Shown: one piece after another, positions 26,278 through 36,736 of the stretch
Position numbering within the stretch: the stretch's first letter is position 1
Layout of the letters: every line of letters begins with the position of its first letter
Source of the DNA: Felis catus
Taxonomy: Eukaryota
Direction: 5' to 3'
Assembly: GCF_018350175.1 (NCBI RefSeq)
Contig: NC_058368.1
Coordinates: 73,346,001 to 73,410,000 of the forward strand
DNA length: 64,000 bases
Position numbers and translations under genes: made by a program
The notes under the pieces: generated by a model
What the model saw: the letters and a program-made list of their open reading frames with translations, nothing else
Told to the model about the DNA's origin: nothing
The model's database searches: none

Positions 26278-27235
26278 GTAAGTATCCATTTTTTTTAATA
26301 CTGAAATTACCTATTCCAAAATTTCCATTTCTTTGAAAGATGGGAATTAATCCCACACTTTAGAATGGGTAAAAGAGAAAAAAGAGAAGGTCTCCTTGGT
26401 GGGGGGTGGGGGGGGGAATTGGTAGTTTTTTTCCCAAATTACTGGAAAAGTCAATTAATACTTGATTATATTTTAAAATACTTAGTATTCTTTTTCCTAA
26501 GCCTAAGTACTCAGGTTCAGAACTGACCCTACGTTGCATGGCTAATACACTTGAATTTCCTGTGACTCATGTAGGTTAAACTTGGCTTAAGTGAATGGGA
26601 CGTTTAAAATTAGAACATTTTATATGATCTTAACCAACATAATATTGTGGATCTAGAAATAAGTCACATCTTCTAGGGTTACTTTGAGAAAACAGAATGA
26701 TTATTTCTAATGAACAGTATTTTTTTTTCACTAGTACACACCTTTCTTTCTTGGAATTTTGCGTAATTGTGTAGATAATTACAAGATACTTCTTTTGGCA
26801 TTGCCTTTATAGTTTCAAAATTATGTTATTAAAGACATACTTCTGGTTGTTACATTTTAGAGATAAATGTTACAATTTGATAGGTACCTGTTTTAACTTT
26901 TCCATCTGTTTTCATTACAAATTTATTATCTATATGGGTCTGTCACCTTCTGTCATCATGTTAGCTCAGTGCCAGTGAAAGTTGTCATTCTTACAGTTTT
27001 GCTTTTCTCCCTAGCATTAGTTCTTTAATAGTAGCCTACCACCTGACACTGGAGTCTATAAATGCCGTTACCAAAATGAATAGATCTCATGCATCTTAAC
27101 AAGTATACTTAAACTTCTTGCCACTGTTGAACCAAAGGTCACTTATCACTGTCACAGAAGCATAATTCAGGAATTTTGTGCTTTGAAAAACTCATTTGCC
27201 CTGATATTTCTTGAGTCTCATTTCAGTGGATACTG

Positions 27236-27564
27236 CAGTTGACCCATGAACAACACAGGTTTGAACTGCACGGGTCAAATTCTCTGTGGGTGTTTTGTTT
27301 TGTTACGTTGCTAAATACAGTTCAATCCTGTAGACGTATTTTCTCTTCCTTATGATTTTCCCAGTAACATTTTCTTTTCTCCAGCTTACGTTAATGTAAG
27401 AATATACACAAAATGATATGTTACTTGTTTCTGTTATCATTAAGGCTTCCAGTCAACAGGAGGCTGTTCGTAGTTAAGTTCTGGGGGGAGTCAGAAGTTA
27501 TACAAGGGTTTTTGACTGGTGGGGGGTTGGTGCCGCCAGCCCCCTGTCGTTCAAGGGTCAACTG
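27236..27564. mobile_element. Tigger2-family MITE (Tigger2a/MER28-like)
   Basis: TIRs cagttgacccatgaacaacacagg and ccctgtcgttcaagggtcaactg, followed by TA. Confidence 0.85.
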
Positions 27565-28390
27565 TACTTTTTCATGTATACACTTGAGTGTCATTTGAAG
27601 AGAATCAGTAGTCACTGACATTGGAATTCATAGATGCAGAAGTCCTAGCGCAGTCTTTTCTTGTGGGCCTCGCTTCCTGGACAGCAGGGCTGTTTCCACT
27701 GTGGGGCTCCCCAGATGGGGAGACTGGGATGCTCACCCAGATAACTCTTCTCAGACATCTGCTTCCTTGGAAAACCATTGTTATTAAAAATGCACTTTTA
27801 GCAGTTCAGAGAGATATAGTACTTCCTGGCTACATCCTTTCAGAGGCAGTTGTGAAATTAAATGATAAAAGTGTGGGATTAACTGTATTTACTACTTACG
27901 AGGTAATTACTTGAGGGGTCGATGGTTCTGAAAGAGAGCAAAAACCTAAAGGTGCAGAGTTCATACACTCGTAGCACATTGTTTATACTCTTACCTCCCT
28001 AGTCGCGTTGCTCGCCGGTGTGGTAGTTGGGAAGGTGACTGCTGTTACACTTCTGCCTTTCATGGTCACCTTGAATGAGGATGCCTGGGCGTGTGTGATT
28101 GTGATGTCCTTGAAATCAGACTCTGGACCGTCCACTAAATTTAATGTTTTTCAAGAGTGTTTTGATAACTAATGGATTTTGCTGTCCTCAATTTTTTGAA
28201 TACAGAGTTGAAAAACATTTGCCCTTAGGAGTAACGTATTGGAGTGCGTTTTTATTAAAATGAGAGTGGCAGTGTTGCTTTCTTGAAAAGCCTGCCTTTG
28301 TGATCGTAGACCTGACCCTTCTAAGCACTGTGACACATGCAGGTGAGACGTAAACCGGAAGACAATTAGACCGAGGTGGTGTCTCCATCC

Positions 28391-28537
28391 NNNNNNNNNN
28401 NNNNNNNNNNNNNNNNNNNNNNNNNNNNNNNNNNNNNNNNNNNNNNNNNNNNNNNNNNNNNNNNNNNNNNNNNNNNNNNNNNNNNNNNNNNNNNNNNNNN
28501 NNNNNNNNNNNNNNNNNNNNNNNNNNNNNNNNNNNNN
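28391..28537. other. TPP2: N-run (147 nt), probably hiding the 39-nt alternative TPP2 exon 24 (GQSAAKRQGKFKK)
   Basis: This cassette exon is known from mammalian TPP2 long isoforms (recalled). I could not find it in visible intron sequence 26278-33932. Confidence 0.55.
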
Positions 28538-31500
28538 NTTTTTTCTGTCACTACTGTAATCTTTTTTTAAAAAAAATCTGTCCCTTAGTTTCCTTTCTTT
28601 AAGTTCTGCGGCGTAGTGCTTTTAGCTTATCAGTGTTGACATACTACTTTCCTGAAGTTTTCTTTCCTGCCATCAGTTGCTGGAAGACCCCTGTTTTATA
28701 TGTGTGTAGAAAAAAAATTAGTGCTATTCATTTCTGAACTACAGATATGATACCAAATGGTCATATTTGAAATTTGCATATCTAAAGTCCTACAGAGAAA
28801 TGAATATAATTGTTTTTTGTAGTTATATAAGGCAAAACAATTATTTTTAAAGTCTAAAAACATTCTTAGATTTGATCATTAAAATATTAAGGTATTTGAA
28901 AAAAAAAAAAGTGTATTCCCTGCTCTGGTGTCGTCTTAGTTCTGGAAGAACAGACACAGAGCAGTGGGCAGGAGGAATGGAAATATGGACCATCAACCCA
29001 AAATTAAAACTTATGCTAAGAGCACGAGCAGGTTTAAGATCATAACTCGTGTGTGACTGATCGACTTCCCTGCAACTCATTAGACAATGTCTGATTGACT
29101 GCTGGAGCCAAATTGAACTCAAAAAAGGCAGAATTCAACTTGGGGTGTACTTAGAGAAAGGGATGTAGGTATTCAGTGAGCTCTCTGATGAAGACCTACT
29201 GGCCTCAGTCAGCATTTTCATGATTTCTCATGTTCAGGCAGGAAGCATTGCACAGAGAATTTGTATTTTAAGATATAAACAAAAGATAACACTGTTTCTT
29301 AATTCATAGTGATGTGAAACGGAATCACCATTTTAGAACAGGTACAATTCTTTCATTTAAAAAGACTTATGAAATGTATATGTTATTATGCAATGGTAAA
29401 CACTTTGTCCAAACAAAACGCCCCACTGGGAATCATCTTTCCGGATAGAGGACTATCTACTTCACTGTAGACCAGTATTTCTAGCTGAGATCTTGACCCA
29501 TCTGTGGGCCATGTACATTCATTTAATGACGTAGCCAGCTTCAAAATGAAAACAGAATAAAGTAAGAAGTGCCGTTCATCAGACTCCTAAAATGAGTTTC
29601 TTTTTATCTATAGATTGTTTATCTTTGGGTCGTCCTGAAAATGGCTTGAGAGCCACTACTTCAAAAAATGAGAAAAAGGTCTTCTAGAAGCCCATTAAAA
29701 ATAGAAGGTGCTTATCACAGAGGCATAGCTGGGATTTTTTTCTACTGTATATTTTGGTTGCTCTTCTGGGAGTTTTGGTGGATTTTGTTTGGATTCGGTT
29801 GTGTAAGGAAGCCATTAAATGAGTAAGAAGGTTATTATTATTTGGTTAGGAAAGCTTTATATAAAGGATGTGGCAGCTAGAGTTGCCTCTTCCCATTTCT
29901 CCCTGTCTTCAGGGCAAATACGTGTGAAGCTCTTATTTTAAAAATAATCATTATTATAGTTTTATAGTCCCATTACCAAAAAGATGTATATGTTAATTTA
30001 TTGCCTGAACAAAATACCAGCTAGCTTTTGGTGCATAGCCCTCAGTGTTGTATAGTTCCTCTGTATTTCAGTGACTTTTGATTTGAAAATCTAGGTTACC
30101 TTTTTTAAGTTCATTGTCATATGAAAGAATATGGTTACTTTCAACAGATGATAAATAAGATTCAAATATGATACTAATTTTAAAATAGCTAGTTTGTGTG
30201 AAGGCATTAAAGTTTTGAGTTTAGCCATTAATAATCTAAGAAGAAAATTATAATTTTTGAACCAAAATTTAAATGGCAGTTATGTTGCCCAAAGAATAAT
30301 TATCGGTTTTGCAGGTCGATTGGACTTTCTAAAGGAAATGGTTCATTTCAGACACTGTCAAAGTACTTGGTGAATAGCTGAAATGGATGCTTTTTTTAAA
30401 AAAAATTGTTAAGTATCAACTATAGAGAACTTCAGCATTTCTGCTCTGAAGATTCATCTTGCCTACCTTTTTAAATCATAATCAAGATTTCTCAAGATTT
30501 AATGGCACAAAATGATTTCTATTAAACTGACCCTGTACTAAGTCCTTGAGAAGTGAGTTAAAAAAATATTGACAAAAAGAACAAGTGAACATGAGAAAAC
30601 AAAAAATAACTCAATTTTTCTGTTGATTAGGAATTAAAACTGCCATGTTCATAATTTTTAGTAATAAATTACTGTCCCAAAATATTTTATAGGATTTTAT
30701 TAACACTTAAAATAGCTAATTTGACATATTTAATATTTAATAATTAAAATGCTGATCACAAAAGCTTGATTTCCCCCCACTTCAAGGTCATTCATCATAA
30801 ATTCTCCGTCTCGTGCTTTTACTGATAGTTTATGGTTGCCATGGTACCCCATTTCTTCCTATTTATAGATCTTTGTTAGAGTTCGTTGTTAATCATACAT
30901 TAAGTTAATGGGTTGCTAATTTTAAATTCAACTCTGTTTTCTCTCTTCTGTACTAAAATGTAATAGCAAATGCCTTACCTTTGAGCTTCAGAGGAGGAAT
31001 TGCCTCACAGCAGAGACTCCTTCCCATCCTGACAGTTGCCCCTGTCCCTAATCAGGCAAGGAAGAGGGGATCTAAGGGAGGCTCACGTTAGAGTAGAGTC
31101 AACACGGCCAACAAGGTTGCCTCCTGCAGGCAAGTGTCCACATTCTAGTGCAGTGGGTTCCAAAGAGAATAGGACTGTAGTCAGAGGGTCAGCGTTCGAG
31201 GCTGTCTCTGCCCCTTAACTCTTCAGTGGATTGTCTGTGCTGCACGGATGACACTGAGTGATCCTTTCCCAGAAGAACCTGATGGTTAATTAGCAACTCA
31301 GATTTTGCAGATGCTTGAACTCGGCTTTGCCTGGGCAGTGCCCGCTTAGGAAGGCGACCTCAGGAGGAGGGGGGAAGGATGGGTAGCAGGGTCCTGAGGA
31401 GCTGGCCCAAGCAGAACCCCTGCTTCTTTTCCCCTGTCTCACTCTGCACACGCGACCTTGGCTCGCCAGTGCTGGCTCCCGGCCTCCGAGCGGGGCCCTG

Positions 31501-32139
31501 AGATGGCTGCAGGTGGATGTGTGTGGTTCCGTCCTCCCAGTGGTCCTAGCGGGCTTCAGACGGGTCCTGTCGAAGTGTGGCTCCCGTTTGACGTCGGAAT
31601 GCTGTCAGAACTGCAGCAGTAGTTGCTTATAAAATTTAATTGTGAGAATTGCTAACGTGGGGATATCCGTGTTGTATTTACACCTGAAAATCCTATTTGG
31701 GGGAACGTGGGGGCTTGCAATACTATTTTGACTTAACCCGTGTAAAGTTTTTTTCTGAGATTACTGTGATTAGGGGAGTAAAAGTCTTCTTGATAACATA
31801 ATTTTTTTCAGTTTTAGAAACTTTGTTAATTAAAACAAATAAAAGGTTTGAATTTAGCAGCGTTTTTAATATAAACCTGAAGATAGAGTTGGAGAAGTTG
31901 ACCTAAAAAATAATGACTTAATTAAGGGCACCTGGTTATTGTGCCAGAAACAGATTAGCCAGTGTAATATGGGGTTTGATTTCCCAGATAATGCATTAGT
32001 TTCCATCAGTAAAGACTTCTGTGCTTTCATAGAATAGAGGGAAATAGATGTAATTAGAATTACATTTCTCTGCTCTCTTCCAAGCGAAGCTTCTCGAACC
32101 GTCTGTCTGTGCCTGTTTACTTCCCACTCTGTCTGCATC

Positions 32140-33195
32140 TCTCCCAGGCAGCCCTTATCCCCCGCTGTCCATGGAAACAGCTACTCTCTTGTCATCTCTT
32201 GCCATGGTAGCAGCCACTGCTGCCATTTGGTTCTTCAGGGTTCTGTGGCAGGCCCCGCCCCAGCTACAGGCCCTGGTTGACCACTCCTCTCTGCCCGCTT
32301 GTCCTCACAGCCCCTCTGGGGCCCGTCTCCCTCACTCCCAAGCATCTTTGAAACCGTAGAATGCTTTGGATCAAGGCCTGGGCTTCCTCTTCCCCTCCCT
32401 CAGCCCTGCTCAGTCTTATTTGTCCCCAACTTGCAACCCCATCAACACCACTGTCAGTTCTGCATCATGGATTTCTAATCCGTCCGCTTCTTCCTCTTCT
32501 ACAGCCTCTTCTTCACATCAGGGCGGTGCTGGGAATTCTAGCTTTGCTCCCTAACTTGTCTCCCTCCTTCTTGACTTCGGCCATCTATCATCCATTCTCC
32601 AAATAGTATGAAGAGCTATTAAAAACAAACCAACATTTTTCATCTGTGTCCGATCCAAAGTCATTAAACAAAGAGCAGAAAGAAGTCTTTAATCATGCCA
32701 CTGCCTTGCCTACAGCTGTCCTGTAGGCTTCCTCTTGCATTTAGAATAAAATCTGTATTTTTGTGCCATATTCCATCAGCCCCACTTACTGTGGTTGCTG
32801 CCCATTTGCTCTTGCCGTGTCCACAAGCTCGGGTTTTTATACGTCCTCCTCTTCTGTCTTCAGACTCTTCTCCCTCTCCTCGTTTGGGTCGGTTAGGTTC
32901 ATTGAGGCTCTTCCATTTAGGTCATGTGGGTTGACTTAGATGGGGTAGTCCCTATTCCAGCACCACTGTGTCTGTGCTGTTCCCCCATGGTACTGAGCAG
33001 CTGCTGTCTGTCCCTGCATTCTGTTTCATTTTCTTCCTATCATGTGGGATTAGCTGAAACTACTCATTACTTGTATGTTGTCTGTCTTGCCCCACTGGGA
33101 TGTGTTCCCCAAGGGCAAGGAAGGGCCTTGTCTGCTTTGTTCTTCACCTTGTAGAGCCTCACAGGGCCTCAATAAGTCCTGTCGATTGAATGAAA
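32140..33195 (+). mobile_element. L2 remnant ending in the L2 3' tail
   Basis: Pyrimidine-rich L2-like text ending ...ctcaataagtcctgtcgattgaatgaa. Confidence 0.65.
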
Positions 33196-33389
33196 AAGAA
33201 ATTTTTCTTTAAATTTTCTTAGAAAAGAGGGTCTTTTTTAAAGTTCTAAGTTATTTCCTTCCCTTCTCAGGTATAAGATGTGAAAGGTCAGTAGACTTTC
33301 ATAATTAGTACTTTCTGTAATTAGTCTGTTAGGTAAAACTAAGAATACAAAAACACTCAAATGGAGGAAAGTTTGTTCTTACCTCCTTT

Positions 33390-33496
33390 ATTTTTTTAAA
33401 GATTTTTAAGTAATCTGTGCACCCAGCATGGGGCTCGAACTCACAACCCCAAGATCAAGAGTTGCATGCTCCACAGACTGAACCAACCAAGTGTCC
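33390..33496 (-). mobile_element. Short CAN-SINE lacking the CT body
   Basis: TSD ttacctcctttattt; ggggctcgaactcacaaccc. Confidence 0.8.
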
Positions 33497-33578
33497 TTTA
33501 CCTCCTTTATTTTAGAGGAGATTTAGAAGCAACAGTACTTTAAAGTTTGAGAGAAAATTCCTTTGGTCACAGATTGGA

Positions 33579-33774
33579 TTTTGTTTTTGAGTTTTTTTGA
33601 GGGAGGGAGAGAGAGCAAGTGGGGAAAGGGCAAGGGGTGGGGGAGAGAATCCCAAGCAGGCTCCACACTGAGCACAGAGCCCAACGTGGGGTGCAGTCCC
33701 ACGAACCGTGAGATCATGACCTAAGCCGAAACCAAGAGTTGTGATGCTTAACCAACTGAGCCACCCAGGAGCCC
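33579..33774 (-). mobile_element. CAN-SINE
   Basis: TSD cacagattgga. Confidence 0.9.
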
Positions 33775-33932
33775 CACAGATTGGAAATGTTTATGTATTG
33801 TGGCCCTTAGGATCTGGAATATAATGTAGTACAACTCAGTGCAGCCTGTGTTATGTGATATTCAGGTACTGAAGATGATTGTAATTATGTAAAATGAAGC
33901 ATGTTAATCTGAGACTCTTTCCACATTCATAG

Positions 33933-34084
33933 GATGTGATCCCTGTTCATTACTACCTAATATCTCCGCCAACAAAGACTAAGAATGGCGGCAAAGATAA
34001 AGAAAAAGAGTCAGAAAAAGAGAAAGACTTGAAAGAAGAGTTTACTGAAGCATTACGAGATCTTAAAATTCAGTGGATGACAAA
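33933..34084 (+). CDS. TPP2: TPP2 exon 25 (152 nt) DVIPVHYY...IQWMT
   Basis: catag| acceptor, |gtaagt donor. Confidence 0.97.
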
Positions 34085-34591
34085 GTAAGTTTTTAATGGA
34101 TTTTGATCCTCTGTTTACTTATTTTTCCGGTTACGACAGTGTCACGTACAGGTTCATAGGCCATATGCAGGAATGTTAACAGTGGGTGGAAGGGTTAGAC
34201 GTGCTTTTATTATAATCACTTAATTTTGATTTGCTCTCAGAAGAGAATTTTATTAGGATGTGTGAAGAAAATAAAAATCACTTTTTTGCCTACTCTCCAG
34301 GGGTGGTTGTTGTCCTATCATTATTTTCTCTGTATTTACACACGTAGCAGTATGAATGATGTTGTGTCCTAGTTTTCCAGTGACTGTTTGATGATGAGCA
34401 TTTCTTGGGTCATTTGATAGTCCTTTAAAATACCATTTTTAATGACCACGTAGGAGGTGGTCCTGTTGATGAAATGTAACCTACTTAAATACTCTATTTG
34501 GCATGTACTTTGGCATATACATTTATAGCTTTTCTCCATAATGCTGTGCCAGACATTTTTATACATACAGTGTTTTAAAATAATCCATTAA

Positions 34592-34967
34592 GAGCATCTG
34601 GGTGTCTCAGTCAGCTAAGCGTCCAACTTCAGCTCAGGTCATGATCTCATAGTTCATGGGATTGAGCCCCAGGTTGGGCTATGCGCTGACAGCATGGAGC
34701 CTGCTTAGGATTACTCTCTCACCGTCTCTCTCTCCCTCTCTGCCCTTCCCCAAAATCAAGAGTCAGACGCTTAACCCACTGAGCCACCCAGGTGACCCTG
34801 GATCATTCTTAAAGGTCATAGGTCATAGGTGCAGAGCCATATTCCCCAAAGTGTCTCCTCTGTCAGCGCAATTGTGATGTGGAGCTCTAACTCACAAACT
34901 GCAAGATCATGACCTGAGCCAGAATCAAGAATCGGACGCTTAATTAACTGAGCCACCCAGGCGCCCC
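34592..34967. mobile_element. Composite of truncated CAN-SINEs: + copy 34592-34751 fused to - copy 34752-34798, second - fragment 34857-34967
   Basis: Three SINE heads are recognisable and none has a tail. Confidence 0.8.
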
Positions 34968-35219
34968 TCTTATTGAACTCTTAATTGAAATAATTTTCAA
35001 TTTGATTTGCTTCTCTGGGGTTTTTTATATTTGTTTTTTATTTATTTTTGTTTTTTATTTATACTTCCGGCAAATAATGATAATCCTTGTCAGTGATTAC
35101 ATTTCGGATTGATGCCTTCCTTATGTTATGGATTGGGACTTCAAAATAATGTTAAATAATAGAGAAGACAAATTGTTTTCTTTTTAAAAGAAATGTTTCT
35201 CTCTTTCTTATATACATAG

Positions 35220-35316
35220 GCTGGATTCTAGTGACATTTATAATGAATTGAAAGAAACATATCCTAATTATCTTCCTCTGTACGTTGCAAGACTTCATCA
35301 GTTGGATGCTGAAAAG
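35220..35316 (+). CDS. TPP2: TPP2 exon 26 (97 nt) LDSSDIYN...LDAEK
   Basis: catag| acceptor, |gttgga donor. Confidence 0.96.
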
Positions 35317-35674
35317 GTTGGACATGTTCAATCTTAATAGGAGTATTTTAATTGTAACATGAGATACAGTTTGTATGTTTAGTGAAAATGCAGTTTTCTA
35401 TTTGTTTTGTGCTTCTGCCAAATGAAAACATGTTTCCTCAAATTGAATGTTGTATTGACTATTTTCTTGAAGGTAATTACAGAACGTACTCATTCCTGTG
35501 AGGTCAGCCTAAGACTCCCGCTCACAGTTTTCATCAGTGGGAGGAGGAATAGATAAAGATATCCTAAGGATCACTTTTCTGACATTCACCTCAGGAGCAG
35601 TGGTCCTGGCCTGCTGCAGATCTAAACACTGTCAGCAAAAGAATTCCTGCTTTTCATGAACTTTGCTCATTTTT

Positions 35675-35910
35675 TTTTTATTTTTTTTTATTTTTTCAAC
35701 GTTTATTTATTTTTTGGGGACAGAGAGAGACAGAGCATGAACGGGGGAGGGGCAGAGAGAGAGGGAGACACAGAATCGGAAACAGGCTCCAGGCTCTGAG
35801 CCATCAGCCCAGAGCCTGACGCGGGGCTCAAACTCACGGACCACGAGGACCACGAGATCGTGACCTGGCTGAAGTCGGACGTGTAACCGACTGCGCCACC
35901 CAGGCGCCCC
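35675..35910 (-). mobile_element. Young felid SINE (SINEC_Fc-type) with internal 9-bp duplication
   Basis: Perfect 18-bp TSD tgaactttgctcattttt; ggaccacga x2 at 35838-35855. Confidence 0.95.
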
Positions 35911-36605
35911 TGAACTTTGCTCATTTTTAAAATTGGCCATAGTTCCAAGCTATCTTAACATGGACCAGCTCTCGCTGGTAATGATGGCCGGTAGGAAGGT
36001 GCTCGTGGCCAATCAGAAATTGTCAAGGGTGCAGAGTGAACTTGAAGGTGTTGAAGGGAGACCTCTGAGACTAGCAAAAGAGAAGACCGCTGAGAGCACC
36101 TGGAGCACCATGGCGACCGTATAGTTAGACTGTTGGGTACATTCTCGTTTATTCTCACCTTCATGGTTTTAGTAATAAGTTAGGAAGAATTTGTTCATCA
36201 GCCCGTTTGTTTTTTTGGGGGGTCTTTTTGGGTTTGTTTTGTTTTGTTCTGTTTTACTTCTCTTTCCGTGTGGTGTGCGGCTAGAGTAACATAGCAGGTC
36301 ATGTTTCTCAGAGGCCCAGAAAAGGAGTTGCCTGGGTAGAAAGCTGTTTACATTTCTATGACCACCTTTTACCTCCCTTATTTGCACCATTTAACATCAG
36401 TGAGGAATGTGAATGAGGTCTTTTCTAGAGATGCTGACACTGCAGCCCCCACACTATGAGGCAGCACACACCCCCTGCTGCCAGCAGAGGGCTCGGCCCC
36501 TGACTCTGGAGCCGCCACCCTTGCATTTGAGACGGAAGTGAAGGGACTTGGATGGACTCGCTGACACCATTTCTTTTCTGATTTCTTCTTTTTCTTCCTC
36601 CCTAG

Positions 36606-36736
36606 GAACGAATGAAAAGACTTAATGAAATTGTTGAGGCTGCAAATGCTGTCATTTCTCACATAGACCAGACGGCCCTCGCAGTTTATATTGCGATGAA
36701 GACTGACCCCAGGCCCGATGCAGCTACTATAAAAAA
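36606..36736 (+). CDS. TPP2: TPP2 exon 27 (131 nt) ERMKRLNE...AATIK
   Basis: cctag| acceptor, |gtacct donor. Confidence 0.96.
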
